Source of the DNA: a virus
Strand: one strand, 5' to 3'
IMG/VR virus record: IMGVR_UViG_3300003309_000009
Span: 1-47,858 of that record
DNA length: 47,858 nucleotides
Positions 18,258 to 30,000 of the stretch are shown here, one piece after another. Numbering within the stretch: position 1 is the first letter of the stretch; each line of letters starts with the position of its first letter. A program made the translations under genes and the position numbers. The notes under the pieces are model-generated. The model searched no databases. It saw only the letters and a list, made by a program, of their open reading frames with translations, and was not told the DNA's origin.

Positions 18258-19535
18258 ATGGCTTTTGAATTTGATCCAAACGCAAGTAATCCCGATAACT
18301 ATTTTCAGGGAGAGCCGCAAACAACTAATGGTACTCTATTAGTTACACCTGATAATGCGCCATTCTTTACTAAGGATCTTGTTGTTATTGGCTTTAACTC
18401 TGCGCATCCCGGAGGTAAGGAATTAAAGCTTCATCAAGATTATGTTTATTCTCCGCTATTTACAGAAATGACTTTTAAAGTTAGAGCTGAAGTTTTCTCT
18501 TACCTGATTTTAATGAGAGAGTGGGATAGTGTTGAAATTGATTATCGTGCGGTGGGTAGTGACCCCGATACAGCTCTCCTACAAGAGGTCGTGGATGCCG
18601 GTTCCTTTGATAGATCGGTTCTTGCTAACTGGCTACAGTTCCGCGGGCAAGAGTATCGATCAAAACTCCCACCCGCCTTGTTAGGCGACTCACCTAAAAG
18701 TCTGTTAGAAATTCTTTCAGACAAAATGCAACAAATTGCTGATTTGATCGATAGCCCGCCAGTACTTGATCCAGCGGTTACTCAACAGATTACTACTAAA
18801 ATGCAGGAGCTTCAGACACTCGAGGCCGATGTTCAGAACCTCGTTGCCGCTGTAAATGTATTAAACTATGATCAGCAAATAGCCCAGTTAAATAGTAATT
18901 TGAATGGCCTATCAACTTCATTGACGAACTTCCAACAAGGTATATCAGCTAACATCAATGGGCATGTTAAACAGTTCTTTGGCGGGGCTATTTTACAATG
19001 GGACGAGTTCTTAAAAGGACCAGTGCCTACTGATAAGTTCAATATTTGTAACGGTACAAATGGTACGCCAGATTTAAAAGATAAATTTATTATTGGTGCA
19101 GGCAAGTTTTTGGCCCCAGGTACTCCGGCTGCTGGCTGGAGTGATAATGCTAATTATAGCGGCACAGGTCTTAGATCTGCTGAGACTGGCGGTAGTGTTT
19201 CTAAAACAACCGCCAGCGGTGGTGACTTTACTGTAGTGGTTGCGGTAGAAGATCATATTCTAACTGTGGATCAACTACCAGCTCATAGCCATGAACTACC
19301 TATGGCGACGTCTGTCGGCGGTACCCTATCAGTTAATGGTGGTACGGGGGAGTATACTAACGTAGATGAATATACCGCTGAGACTGGTAATAACGAAGGT
19401 CATAACCATGGTGCGTCAGTAAGCTATCAGGATTCATCAAGTAACCCAGTAGGCAGCCTTGGTCATACCCATAGCATCTCTGATATTAGACCTCCGTACT
19501 ATACGCTGGTTTTTATTCAGGTTAAAGATACTTAA
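18258..19535 (+). CDS. Short tail fibre-like protein, anchor type B
   Basis: DPNASNPDNY N-terminus; coiled coil; collar-like ICNGTNGTPDLKDKFIIGAG; three HxH motifs; PPYYTLVFI end. Confidence 0.85.
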   Translation: MAFEFDPNASNPDNYFQGEPQTTNGTLLVTPDNAPFFTKDLVVIGFNSAHPGGKELKLHQDYVYSPLFTEMTFKVRAEVFSYLILMREWDSVEIDYRAVGSDPDTALLQEVVDAGSFDRSVLANWLQFRGQEYRSKLPPALLGDSPKSLLEILSDKMQQIADLIDSPPVLDPAVTQQITTKMQELQTLEADVQNLVAAVNVLNYDQQIAQLNSNLNGLSTSLTNFQQGISANINGHVKQFFGGAILQWDEFLKGPVPTDKFNICNGTNGTPDLKDKFIIGAGKFLAPGTPAAGWSDNANYSGTGLRSAETGGSVSKTTASGGDFTVVVAVEDHILTVDQLPAHSHELPMATSVGGTLSVNGGTGEYTNVDEYTAETGNNEGHNHGASVSYQDSSSNPVGSLGHTHSISDIRPPYYTLVFIQVKDT

Positions 19536-19564
19536 TATTAAAACATAAATACTTGGAGAAGGTA

Positions 19565-21046
19565 ATGACAGGACAACTTTTACCATTCGATGATAGTGCT
19601 GCAGCAGCGAGTAATAAAATCATCGATGAAGTCCAAACAATTTCCCCGCAAGTGGGCAAGGTTATTATACCTGACCATGGTGCCTTTTACACAGATACAT
19701 TAATCTGTGTAACTCAAGGTGCAATTAATTTCTTACAGCTGGGTGTTGATTATAAATTAATCTCTAAAGACGCTGAGATGACTGCCCGTGTTGGTAGACC
19801 GGTTGCCAATGGCATCCAGATTATTAACCACAGCATTACCTCTAACCTATTGTTAACATATCAGGCAGTAGGTGGTCGTGAGGGAAATAATAGTAAATTA
19901 TTGATAGATTTACGAAAAGCTTTAGAAGAGGTATTGACCGGATCGATTCCCTGGGGTCAAATCCTCAACCCACTTAGTAGTTACCCGCCTAGTGAACATA
20001 CTCACAACATGGTGACTGATCTTACCAATATGAATCCACTTCGGGATTCTCTATTAGAGCTAGTTAACGCATTGGTAGGTAAACGTAGTTTATCCTTGGC
20101 AGGACAACATCTGCATACGGATATTTCACGTACACTGGATATACTTGCTAATCAGCGTCGTGAAATTAACAAGATTGCTACGGATTTTAATATCCTACTC
20201 CAGGCTGAAGAGATTGCTCGTGTAAATCAGGATAATACGAATGCGCAGGACATTGCCGATGAAGTAAATACTCGCGAATCTCAATTTAATAACTTAGATA
20301 CTGCGCTTCAGCAACTTACCTCAGCATTGAATACTGAAACCACTGCCCGCCAACAAGGCGATGCTGCATTGGTCTCTGGTATTCAAACTGAAGAGGCTAA
20401 TCGACAAAGTGGTGATAGTGCATTACAGGCAAGCATTGATAATTTATCAACAGCATTATCTCAATTCCAGGCCAATCAAAATAGCTATGATGCTAGACGT
20501 ATTGGTACACTGGCCATTACTCTAGATGATAATCTACCCACGGGTACGGTTGAGGCGGTGGGCCAAAGAATTTCTCAAACAACATATGCTGAGCTTTTTG
20601 CCGTTTATGGGCATCGTTATGCGAAGATGACAGATAACACCAATGATGGATTGTTTCGTCTACCTGACCTTAGAGGACAGCATCTACGTGTTAATGGATT
20701 TGTTTCTGGACTACGCTATAGTCATTGGTCATCGCGCTCTGGTAGTACTGTTACTCAAAATGGTGGTCCATCCGGTAATAACCCAGGTAGTCGTCAGTTT
20801 GATGCTATTCGTAATATCACAGGTTATATTGAAGGTCATGAACAGGTTGAATCTGAAGCGGGTATCTTTACAAACTCTAGTGGTGCATTTAGCCTATCGG
20901 CTAGCCGCGCTAAGATATTCTCAGAAGTTGGTGGTGGCGCTACTACTTATAAACGTGCAACGTTCAATGCATCTAATGTAGTTCCTACAGATTCAGAAAA
21001 CGTTGTAGATAACATCTTTGTTAAGGTTGGTATTTGGTATGAGTAA
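19565..21046 (+). CDS. Tail fibre with collar domain, anchor type C
   Basis: ATG at 19565 with GGAG RBS; coiled coil; ISQTTYAELFAVYG...FRLPDLRG collar; DAIRNITG...FNASNVVPT tip. Confidence 0.88.
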   Translation: MTGQLLPFDDSAAAASNKIIDEVQTISPQVGKVIIPDHGAFYTDTLICVTQGAINFLQLGVDYKLISKDAEMTARVGRPVANGIQIINHSITSNLLLTYQAVGGREGNNSKLLIDLRKALEEVLTGSIPWGQILNPLSSYPPSEHTHNMVTDLTNMNPLRDSLLELVNALVGKRSLSLAGQHLHTDISRTLDILANQRREINKIATDFNILLQAEEIARVNQDNTNAQDIADEVNTRESQFNNLDTALQQLTSALNTETTARQQGDAALVSGIQTEEANRQSGDSALQASIDNLSTALSQFQANQNSYDARRIGTLAITLDDNLPTGTVEAVGQRISQTTYAELFAVYGHRYAKMTDNTNDGLFRLPDLRGQHLRVNGFVSGLRYSHWSSRSGSTVTQNGGPSGNNPGSRQFDAIRNITGYIEGHEQVESEAGIFTNSSGAFSLSASRAKIFSEVGGGATTYKRATFNASNVVPTDSENVVDNIFVKVGIWYE

Positions 21047-21620
21047 TAAAGCCTACTATTTCGATGAAAACTTTGTTTACCTAGGGGTAGGGACACTCCC
21101 GTTAGATCCTCTGGAAACTAAACGGGCAAAGAAGCCGGTTTATACTCAGGTCGATAATGCTACCGATAAGAAACCTCCTGAGGTTAAAGAAAATGAAGCT
21201 GCTCGGTTTAATATCGGAACTGACGAGTGGGAAGTGGTAAAGGATTATCGTGGTACCGTTGTTTTTAATAAAGAAGGTTTAAGTAAGGTTATATCTGAAT
21301 TGGGACCCATTCCTAAGGGATATGAAGAACCATCAGAAGCACTGCTTAAGGAAATTGAAAAGAACAACAATATACCTAAGGTTCTCAGGTCGTCTGAATT
21401 CTTTGATGCAATTCCGCTAGAAGAGCAAATGTCTTTATTTGCCAATGAAGAACCTTGTGTTAAAGTCTGGTTGAATCGTCTTCAAACAAATCGTGCTTTT
21501 GAAATGGATGAGAAAAATATCGAGACTATTGAAACGGGTTTATTTTACCTTTTTACAGAGGGTATTTTATCCGAGGAAACGGTAAAAAGAATCCAGGATA
21601 TTTATGGGGATGGTGAATAA
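21039..21620 (+). CDS. Tail fibre assembly chaperone (Tfa-like)
   Basis: ATG at 21039 overlapping the upstream stop; DPLE, ATDKKPP, WEVVKDYRG, LGPIP motifs. Confidence 0.85.
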   Translation: MSNKAYYFDENFVYLGVGTLPLDPLETKRAKKPVYTQVDNATDKKPPEVKENEAARFNIGTDEWEVVKDYRGTVVFNKEGLSKVISELGPIPKGYEEPSEALLKEIEKNNNIPKVLRSSEFFDAIPLEEQMSLFANEEPCVKVWLNRLQTNRAFEMDEKNIETIETGLFYLFTEGILSEETVKRIQDIYGDGE

Positions 21621-23263
21621 TGCCTACGTATATTTTCGATGAGTTTGGCAATAACCCTGCAAACTTAATTAATAATGAAAAACGCACTTTAGCGGTTGGC
21701 AATGCTAGCGAACATTTTGTCATTGTACCTGATGCCACACCGTACTATGGTGATAGTCTGGTCCTTGTTGGGCCAGATGGAGATATTCTGGAAGAGGGTA
21801 TTGATTATGTACCTACACATAAATGGCAGCAGGCTAGTGATGCGGTAGGACAGGATATCTTTGGGACAATATTGATATTGGATCCTAACTTTGACCCAGG
21901 GTCTTATTCTTACCAATACCAAACGCTAGGTGGGGATTATGTTGATAACAGGGCCAATGCCATACTAGATGGATTGGTTGCGATCAATAGCGTCCAGTCA
22001 TACAGTAACGTCGATTGGAGTACTGCACCAGCGACATTCCCTCCAACTCAACATACTCATGGTATTTTATCCGGCCTAGTTGGAATGGATGAAATCCTAA
22101 CTAGACTAACCGAGATAAAGGATGCCGTTATTAGCGCCTACTCCGATATTCACATCGCTGATATTGTAGATTTTGGTGATCCCACTGCTAATCCTATCTT
22201 ATTTGAATTTGCAAGGATTGCTGATGCACTAGAATCCATTTCAGCAGGTTCTGGTGGTACTCAAGATCTTAGTCAAATTCAACAAGATATCCAGGCATTG
22301 GAGACTACGGTTAACAACCATATCTCAACCTACCAGAGTAACAATACATCACTTGTTCAACAGGTGAATGCCTTAGAAACCATTGTTAATGCTATTAATG
22401 CTCAGTCAATTGCTAACCACAGTGTTGCTGATATTGCTGCCCGTGATCTCCAACAGGCGAATATTAAAGTTGGTGAAAATGTTTTAGTTGATGATGCAAC
22501 TGCCGATCCCTCTGTAGATATAGGCTGGGCTATCTATAAGAAAATGGGTGCTAGTTCGTGGTTAAAGATCTCTGAAGAAGAATCTATTGATCAAATTGGT
22601 GGTGCGGGCCCTCTAACTACAACCGAGGAGATGATGGGTAGGGATGTCAATGCCGGTAGTAAAGGTATCTCACTGTCTTCGTTCTTAGATACCTTTAAGG
22701 ACGAACATTATGGTCAATATGGCGGTATTGTGCCCGCTGGTCAAAATATCAATATGTTCGATGATCTACCCTACCTATCTCTATCTGACCAAACAACCGC
22801 ATGGATTGACTACTCTATTCAATTTACACTACGCGGGTCATCTGGCATTGATGGTAAATTATTACTGACCACGCTTGCAGGTAGCAATCGAATTCAAGGT
22901 TCGTCTGTAATTTTCCACGACTACGTTATGACAATTACAAAGCGTACTCAGACGGCCGGTAATCCACCAGTCATTACCGAAGAAAAACGCTTACATAGAT
23001 CTACTAGTGGTAGCTTTTTCGATATGGAATTACCTGATATCGATGGAGTGGATGGTCTACCTATTGCGGAGCCTACTATTACAACAGATAGTGATAGTAA
23101 TGCAATTGTTACATTGCGTGGAAAGATTGGCTTTAGTATCTCTTCACCAAATGACCTGGTATTTCAGCCCCACCTAATTGTAAATCAGGGTGAAGGTGGA
23201 GCCATGGCCGGATATTGTAAGACTAGTTTGTTTAAACCTGCCTCAGGCGGTGGACCAATTTAA
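21620..23263 (+). CDS. Tail fibre-related protein, anchor type A
   Basis: Paralogous to 17252 (NVDWSTAPATFPPTQHTH); coiled coil; VADIAARD...DATADPSV..GWAIY fibre motif. Confidence 0.8.
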   Translation: MPTYIFDEFGNNPANLINNEKRTLAVGNASEHFVIVPDATPYYGDSLVLVGPDGDILEEGIDYVPTHKWQQASDAVGQDIFGTILILDPNFDPGSYSYQYQTLGGDYVDNRANAILDGLVAINSVQSYSNVDWSTAPATFPPTQHTHGILSGLVGMDEILTRLTEIKDAVISAYSDIHIADIVDFGDPTANPILFEFARIADALESISAGSGGTQDLSQIQQDIQALETTVNNHISTYQSNNTSLVQQVNALETIVNAINAQSIANHSVADIAARDLQQANIKVGENVLVDDATADPSVDIGWAIYKKMGASSWLKISEEESIDQIGGAGPLTTTEEMMGRDVNAGSKGISLSSFLDTFKDEHYGQYGGIVPAGQNINMFDDLPYLSLSDQTTAWIDYSIQFTLRGSSGIDGKLLLTTLAGSNRIQGSSVIFHDYVMTITKRTQTAGNPPVITEEKRLHRSTSGSFFDMELPDIDGVDGLPIAEPTITTDSDSNAIVTLRGKIGFSISSPNDLVFQPHLIVNQGEGGAMAGYCKTSLFKPASGGGPI

Positions 23264-23302
23264 AGTATATTTAAAATATTTTCATTGAAAGGATAAAGAA
23301 TT

Positions 23303-26300
23303 ATGGCTAAAGACTATGATCCAAATGCCAATAATCCAGACAACTACATTCAAAACGATCCTTTTACCATTACGGATAGCCTGGTATTTTTTCCAGCAGA
23401 GGGACCGTTTTATGAGAAAGACCTTTCCATAGTTGCGATTAGACCAGGTGAAGCTACTCCGAGTCAGTTAGTTTATGGTAAGGATTACTTCCTATCTCCA
23501 CTATTTTTAACCGCAAGTAGAAACGTTGCTCGTGAAGTATTTAGTTTCTTTGGTTTAGTATCATCAGGTTATACCAATATTGAGGCAAGTTACCGTGTCA
23601 TTGGCGGTGACTTAGTAGATGCCCAGCTCGCAGCTGAGATATTAGCATTAGGTCAGTTTGATCGATTAGATAGAAGCATCTGGTTGTCTTTACGGGGTGA
23701 GGAGATTGGTGTTGATCCATCTCACAGTGACCCAAGTTTAAAAGGTAAGAGCTTTTTAGAGCAGGTGGGTTATCACTCCGATCGAATTGCAGCAGCCACT
23801 GAGAAAATTGCAGAAAATAACACTAGTTCCGGTGGTGGTAGCTTCTTTGGACCAATCGTTGAACCTGCCAACGCTGTTCCACGTGCTGTTGGCGATTACT
23901 CAGCCAACGGTACACTTAGAAAGTCATCAGGGGCTATTTTAAGCCACTATGATTTTAAACGTGTTAATTATGACTCAAGTTATAAAGCTAATAACTTGGT
24001 TATTAAAAATAGTACTGGGGATATTGTTGATGGTGATTTCTCAGGCTCTGGTCTTAATACGGAATATGCTAACAAAGGTTTAAGTAGTTTAGGCGAAGGC
24101 GTTTGGTTCGAATGGCTTGCAGATCTAGATTCTGATATTTCTATTAACGATGTCAAGGCATTTGTTTGTACAGTAGACCCGATTTCTGTTTCTAGTCAAG
24201 TCAATAACAAACGTGAGTTTACTCTACTTGAGACATTCGATAGGAATGCTACTCGACTTGGATTTGCTATCAATGCGGTTGTAAATGCACAGGCTACTGT
24301 ACTGTCAGTTCAAGTTAGCTTTTATAAGGAAAACGGTACAGTAGAAAGTTCAAGTGTCATTGATCTTCCTATTCCAACATTTACCAGTGCTGCAAATATT
24401 TCGCAGTTGACAGAGTCTGCAATTGGCTTTAACTTTAAAGAAAATGGACTTGAAGTTTGCTATAGACATGATGATGTGGTCAATGGTAAGATTGGTTCGC
24501 TAATCCCATTGCCGGTAGATACTGATTGGGATGACCTTGGTGTAATCAGTCACATCGGTACTGGTAGAAGTATCACATCGGAAGAGTCTTCGGGAACTAT
24601 ATTACCGATCGAAAGCTTTGGTATTAAGCAGCATATCTTAACAGGCTTTGAAGTTGGTGATGAATTCCTTAAGATGTTAATGACATCAAGTGGTGTGGAA
24701 AAATCCCCTGTAAATTTGTTTGGACATGTATCTAACCCATTACTAGATAGTCTTATTTTCTACCCACATCCAGCCTTCGGTAGCAGTACATCAAACAACT
24801 TATGTCAGACACTGGGTGTTTTAAATCAGCCTGGTAAAGTCTTACGACTAGCATCGGGTAGTAGTCCATTTCCGACGCTATCAGGTGGTGATTACCCGGC
24901 TAACGCAAAACCATCGGACATTGATCACTATAGTTGGTCAGGTGCCGAAGGCAGTAGTTCATTATTAACTCCAACGGTTTCAAGTGAACGTCCAGAGCTC
25001 CTATTAGGGGCTAATGATTTTACCTGGGTCACTCGCTTCAGATTCAGAAATCAGGCTAACTTAACCAAGTACAATGTATTCGGTAATTGGAATTTTGAAC
25101 AATTCTCAGCCGGGGATAGCTCAGGTCCAGACGGCTTTAGCTTAATGATGGTTAATGGAGAACCTAAGTTATTTTACACATCTCCTACGGATAACACTGT
25201 AGTTGTTGCCGATCCATCATTTTCAATCAGCAGTCATAATGCTGGAGGTCCTTCACCATGGACTTATGCAGAGGTATTTTTATCTGTACGTAGGGTAGGA
25301 GATAGCTTTACGTTTGACTGGAATACTACTTCTGGTGATAGTGGTCAGTTCACATTTATTGATCCAAATCAAGATGTGGTAGACTTCGGTGTTCCTTTTG
25401 CATCTATTACTGACTTTGGCTTTGGTACACCAACTGCCATAAATAGTTCTGACGGTGTTTCTATCAAGGAGATAGGTTTCTTTGGGCGCAGCTTAACGGA
25501 TGCTGAGGTTAGTCATTTAATTGATAACCGAATTACAGACCCCGTTGATGTAAATGTGCCAGCTAAATCTGACTTCCTTTTTGATTTCAGCGTCATCGGA
25601 GAAAATGAAAGTGGTTTGATTATCCCTAACGAAATTTCAGATAGGGAAAGTTTAGTATTAGATAGCTATACTGGTATTCTAAACAGTAATCATGAATCAT
25701 TAAGCTTTCAACAAGAGAAGGGGTCTATTTCACTACCGGCTGGTCTAGGAACCAAAGACTGGTGGTTTGCTAGTACATTTGAAGTAGTTACTGGTGGCGA
25801 TAAACCATTCATTATTTTAGGTACTAGTGAAAGTGCAGATGGTCTTCTAGATAAAGATACAGGGGCCTTTAGACTTTATGTTAAAGGTGGTGATCGCATA
25901 GCGCTTGATGTTGTACGCGGATCTAGCATTTTATCTGGAGAGACACCTATCAATACACTGGTAGGTCGCTATGTACAAGTATTGGCTTATCGAGTAGAAG
26001 CTGGTATTACCGTTGAAACCAAGATCTATGAGAGTAAATTCGCCTCTGCGCCAATTGCAAATGAATCATTTACCATTACAGGTGATGAGATATTTGTTAA
26101 CTGGGGTGAAATGGAATTTGCAGCGCCTACGTGGGATAATCCTACCCATGGCTCTGGATTACCGTCTGTTAATACAGGTAATGAATTCCATGTAGTTAAG
26201 ATGGATAGAATGTTACTATCAAGGGATAGTAGTTTTGATAACACTATCCGTAACCTTATCTTCCCTACGGAATTAGTTAGCTATAACAACATTGTGGCTA

Positions 26301-29300
26301 AGGTAGTGGGTACATATGTCCCACCACTAGAACTTGATGACATCTATGCCCGTAAGGCTGAAAAAGAAGTCATCGGGGATCTTTGGGAATTCAGTAAAGG
26401 ATTTAAAGTTGGTGGTACTCAGTATAAAGTAGATGGCTTTACCATGTTTGGTATGCCTGTAACGAACGCTGATGTTACAACGGTAGGGGGTGTTGGAAGT
26501 AAGATTAGTGGAACTATCTTCGCAGGATTTGATATTGTCGATGTTACAGGCTGGACAATTGTAGACTTTGATCAACTTCCGATAAATGGTGCGTACATGA
26601 GTACTACGCCTATTATCTTAAAGGGTGGTCCATTGGTTCCTCCACCTGCTTGGAATATTCGAAAGAATCCCGATGGTGGCATGACCTATACTTACCGAAA
26701 CGTTCAGATGTTTCAAAGCGGCCAACGTTTTATTGGTAACACTGAGAATGTTATCACGGATTCAACCGGGAAGGTTGTCACTGCAACTAAGCAAACATCT
26801 ACACCGACCAACTCAAAGATCTATGGATCTATTACAGACGAACGTCGTAGCGAACTTGATACTAACACCGGTATTATTACCCTTACCGCAATCGTTGAAA
26901 TGGGTCGTGCACGTGAATATGTCTATCCAAGTAATAATGAGTTTGATAGCTCTAAAACGGGCTGGGTGGTAAAAGCGATTGAAGATGGCTCTGTGATGAA
27001 GGTACTTTCTTATGAAGGTAGTCTTTTAACAGGTACGCCCATTGGTGAGAACTCTAAGTTAGGTATCTTTTATGGCTACAGTCATAATCTAAATACCGAT
27101 GCAATTACAGTAGAGATTATTGAGCATGCAGGTGACTCTCAGACCCCTGCGGGTAATAATACTACTAAGACTAGTCGTAAGACTACACTTGCTTACATCA
27201 GTGATGGCTCCGGTGGCTATGAACTTAGCAGTGTGGAGAAAGATGACACCTTCTCTGTTCAGGGTCAAACCGCCGGTATTGTTACCAAGATCAGCGGACC
27301 TGCATCAGATCCTAACTCTAAAGGTACTAATGAAATATATGGAAGTGTTGTTTTAAAACCTGGCAATAAGCAGGGTACTCCAGACAACATGCCTCCTAAC
27401 TTAGAACCTGGTGAGTTGTGGTTAGATGTATCATTAGGGACATCTCGACCGTTAGCTAGAATCGCGCTATTTGGTACCGATGCTAATGGTAATACACTTG
27501 GCGGCTCTATTGAAGATGGTTCTGGCTCCGACGGAGGCGGTGGTGGCGGACTACAACCTTATGTTGAGGCTGTTCATCCGTTAAGTGTTATTGCTAAGAA
27601 TCCACCAATGATGTTTCCAATTAAGTACCACCGGTTTGTTGATGAGAACACTGTATTCGAATCTCCAGATCCGAGATTAGCTATCATTGGACATCACCTA
27701 AGTCGTGATGGTGAACTCAACTTAGAGCTAAACTACATTGGTCCTGATAATGCTACACCTGTTCTACCATTCAATATCGTTGCTAAAAATGGTAATCTGG
27801 TATCGGTTGAAGAGCTGGTAGTTCATATCTTAAAATCAACAGCATTAACAGCGGTTACTGATTTTACATGGGAAGAAGCTACCGTTGGTACAATGGACAC
27901 TACGGTACCGGGTGAACTTGCTACACTAGGACCGGCCTCATCTGCACATAGAACTGCCTGGATGGCGGGTATGCCTATGTTTAGCAATACCACTCAAATC
28001 TCATTTAGAGTGAGTAAAGAAGATGCAGGGGTGGCAAATACAGCCTACTGGGAAGCAGGTCTATCGGACAATCCAACCGGTAACGCTGATGGTAATCACC
28101 TATACAGCCTATATGCTACAAGTGCGACAACCATGAGTTTCCGCTATGGTAACTCAACGGCGGTTTCAGCCATCGCATATACCCATGGTGATTTAATTAC
28201 GTTGGAGTTAGTACAAGGTCATTATGCTAGGGTACTTATCAACGGTGTTGAGGTTGCTAGAACTACCAGTGGTAATAGACAGCGTGAAGTAACGCCCGTC
28301 TTTAATATGCGTTATAATACTCGCTATTATGATATCACTGTACTGAATACCTCGGATATGCACCTTGAGTTACGCCCAGGTGACAATGCCGAATGGAATA
28401 GTGCAAGTACTGTGAATATTGAATACGGTGTAGGTCGTGTAACAGCACTTACTAATAACACAGGTTATAAGTCTAACTACTTTAAGTCAGCGCCAGATTG
28501 GTCGGGTGACTTTGCAACAGAGTTTGACATTGCATTGTCCCAAGAGTACACGCCGCCTGTTGACAGTGAGTGGTTTGCGGTTGGTTTCCATGAAGGTGGT
28601 GCAACCTTATATCCTCAAAGTGTCCATGTTGCCTTTGAATTCAGGGATGGATTAATGAAGTGTCGTATTGATAGTACTACACTTTACTCAGAAGCTACTG
28701 ACTGGGGTGCAACATATCGCCTTGAGCGTTCTAAGGGTAATTGGATTAAGTTCTATAAGAACGATATACTACTGGTGACCTATAATGGACCAGACTATCT
28801 AACAACGCCAATGCGTTGGCAGGTTGCTGGTTGGCATGATGCTGAGGTTAGTAATATTCGAGTCTATGATCCATCTACACTACCTCTGGCAGCACTTGCT
28901 ATTATCCCAGGTGGTAATGTACCGTGGCAAGAAGCCGGTACAAACCCTAGTAGAATTACCCGTGACAAAGGTAGTTTAAATACCAGTGATGGAACGATTA
29001 CCAATGATGCCATTGTACACGTCGGTTACAACTATCCATTGAGGTATAATAGTAAGCTAACCTTCCGTTACAAAGGACCTGCAGGTGGAACTACATTAGG
29101 TGGCGCTCTAGGTTTATCTGAGCAACCACTATTGAGTTTAGGGCAGCCTGATTATGCATTTGTCTTTGGCGGTACTGATAGTGCTCCTACTGCAAAAGCA
29201 ATGGTTGGTGGTACAGAAGTAGTAGCGCCATTTGCAATCGCGGTGGATGACTACTTTGATATTTCAACAGATGAAGTAGGTAATGTTTTATTTAGACATA

Positions 29301-29962
29301 ACTTTGTACTACTGGATACGCATGCTCCATCTGAGTTAGGTAGCGATTTATTCTTGGATACATCGTTCACTGATACGGTGAGTGTAGGTAATATTCGTCT
29401 AGATATTCACAAAGATAGGCTGTTGTATATCCCTGGTTCACCAGAGGTCCCGTATAACATCGTAGCAGGTGCTCCTGCAGATTTTGTACTAGCCGAAGGC
29501 GATATTGAATGTGTTGATCCTGCAGCAGCATTCGATAAGAGTGTTATCGTTGATAATCTAGCTGGTCTACGTTTAGGCGGTAGTCTTTCATTCATCTATG
29601 ATGGTGAGGGCGGTGCTACTGGAAATGACGTAGGTGGTTTCCTTGGATTATCGGCGGATCCTAATCTTGATAACTCAGTGCCAGAGTTCTCGTGGAGAGT
29701 CTCTGATAATGGTGGTACCATTTCGGCATCGCCGATGGTCGGTAGTACTGCTGCCGGTGGTATTTATATACCACTTACCATTGGAGATGAATTAGAGATT
29801 AAGCGTGAAACAGATGGAACCGTTTCATATCTTATCAATGGTACGGAACATCATAGTACGGCAATGGATCCATATATCACATACCACTTTGATACAACCT
29901 TTATTGGTCGTTTAAAAGTTACAGATGTGACAATTGATAATCCTGAGTTAGTACAGCCGTAA
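23303..29962 (+). CDS. Giant tail fibre/adhesin with multiple lectin-like beta-sandwich domains, anchor type B
   Basis: 2219 aa; N-terminus paralogous to 18258; LamG/ConA-like segments (IKEIGFFGRSLTDAEVSHL); four C-terminal repeats of about 170 aa. Confidence 0.8.
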   Translation: MAKDYDPNANNPDNYIQNDPFTITDSLVFFPAEGPFYEKDLSIVAIRPGEATPSQLVYGKDYFLSPLFLTASRNVAREVFSFFGLVSSGYTNIEASYRVIGGDLVDAQLAAEILALGQFDRLDRSIWLSLRGEEIGVDPSHSDPSLKGKSFLEQVGYHSDRIAAATEKIAENNTSSGGGSFFGPIVEPANAVPRAVGDYSANGTLRKSSGAILSHYDFKRVNYDSSYKANNLVIKNSTGDIVDGDFSGSGLNTEYANKGLSSLGEGVWFEWLADLDSDISINDVKAFVCTVDPISVSSQVNNKREFTLLETFDRNATRLGFAINAVVNAQATVLSVQVSFYKENGTVESSSVIDLPIPTFTSAANISQLTESAIGFNFKENGLEVCYRHDDVVNGKIGSLIPLPVDTDWDDLGVISHIGTGRSITSEESSGTILPIESFGIKQHILTGFEVGDEFLKMLMTSSGVEKSPVNLFGHVSNPLLDSLIFYPHPAFGSSTSNNLCQTLGVLNQPGKVLRLASGSSPFPTLSGGDYPANAKPSDIDHYSWSGAEGSSSLLTPTVSSERPELLLGANDFTWVTRFRFRNQANLTKYNVFGNWNFEQFSAGDSSGPDGFSLMMVNGEPKLFYTSPTDNTVVVADPSFSISSHNAGGPSPWTYAEVFLSVRRVGDSFTFDWNTTSGDSGQFTFIDPNQDVVDFGVPFASITDFGFGTPTAINSSDGVSIKEIGFFGRSLTDAEVSHLIDNRITDPVDVNVPAKSDFLFDFSVIGENESGLIIPNEISDRESLVLDSYTGILNSNHESLSFQQEKGSISLPAGLGTKDWWFASTFEVVTGGDKPFIILGTSESADGLLDKDTGAFRLYVKGGDRIALDVVRGSSILSGETPINTLVGRYVQVLAYRVEAGITVETKIYESKFASAPIANESFTITGDEIFVNWGEMEFAAPTWDNPTHGSGLPSVNTGNEFHVVKMDRMLLSRDSSFDNTIRNLIFPTELVSYNNIVAKVVGTYVPPLELDDIYARKAEKEVIGDLWEFSKGFKVGGTQYKVDGFTMFGMPVTNADVTTVGGVGSKISGTIFAGFDIVDVTGWTIVDFDQLPINGAYMSTTPIILKGGPLVPPPAWNIRKNPDGGMTYTYRNVQMFQSGQRFIGNTENVITDSTGKVVTATKQTSTPTNSKIYGSITDERRSELDTNTGIITLTAIVEMGRAREYVYPSNNEFDSSKTGWVVKAIEDGSVMKVLSYEGSLLTGTPIGENSKLGIFYGYSHNLNTDAITVEIIEHAGDSQTPAGNNTTKTSRKTTLAYISDGSGGYELSSVEKDDTFSVQGQTAGIVTKISGPASDPNSKGTNEIYGSVVLKPGNKQGTPDNMPPNLEPGELWLDVSLGTSRPLARIALFGTDANGNTLGGSIEDGSGSDGGGGGGLQPYVEAVHPLSVIAKNPPMMFPIKYHRFVDENTVFESPDPRLAIIGHHLSRDGELNLELNYIGPDNATPVLPFNIVAKNGNLVSVEELVVHILKSTALTAVTDFTWEEATVGTMDTTVPGELATLGPASSAHRTAWMAGMPMFSNTTQISFRVSKEDAGVANTAYWEAGLSDNPTGNADGNHLYSLYATSATTMSFRYGNSTAVSAIAYTHGDLITLELVQGHYARVLINGVEVARTTSGNRQREVTPVFNMRYNTRYYDITVLNTSDMHLELRPGDNAEWNSASTVNIEYGVGRVTALTNNTGYKSNYFKSAPDWSGDFATEFDIALSQEYTPPVDSEWFAVGFHEGGATLYPQSVHVAFEFRDGLMKCRIDSTTLYSEATDWGATYRLERSKGNWIKFYKNDILLVTYNGPDYLTTPMRWQVAGWHDAEVSNIRVYDPSTLPLAALAIIPGGNVPWQEAGTNPSRITRDKGSLNTSDGTITNDAIVHVGYNYPLRYNSKLTFRYKGPAGGTTLGGALGLSEQPLLSLGQPDYAFVFGGTDSAPTAKAMVGGTEVVAPFAIAVDDYFDISTDEVGNVLFRHNFVLLDTHAPSELGSDLFLDTSFTDTVSVGNIRLDIHKDRLLYIPGSPEVPYNIVAGAPADFVLAEGDIECVDPAAAFDKSVIVDNLAGLRLGGSLSFIYDGEGGATGNDVGGFLGLSADPNLDNSVPEFSWRVSDNGGTISASPMVGSTAAGGIYIPLTIGDELEIKRETDGTVSYLINGTEHHSTAMDPYITYHFDTTFIGRLKVTDVTIDNPELVQP

Positions 29963-29972
29963 ATGGCGATTG

Positions 29973-30000
29973 AATAGAGTGGCCCTAGGGCCACTCTATT
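29973..30000 (+). terminator. Intrinsic terminator (perfect 28-bp palindrome)
   Basis: AATAGAGTGGCCCTAGGGCCACTCTATT plus TTT. Confidence 0.9.
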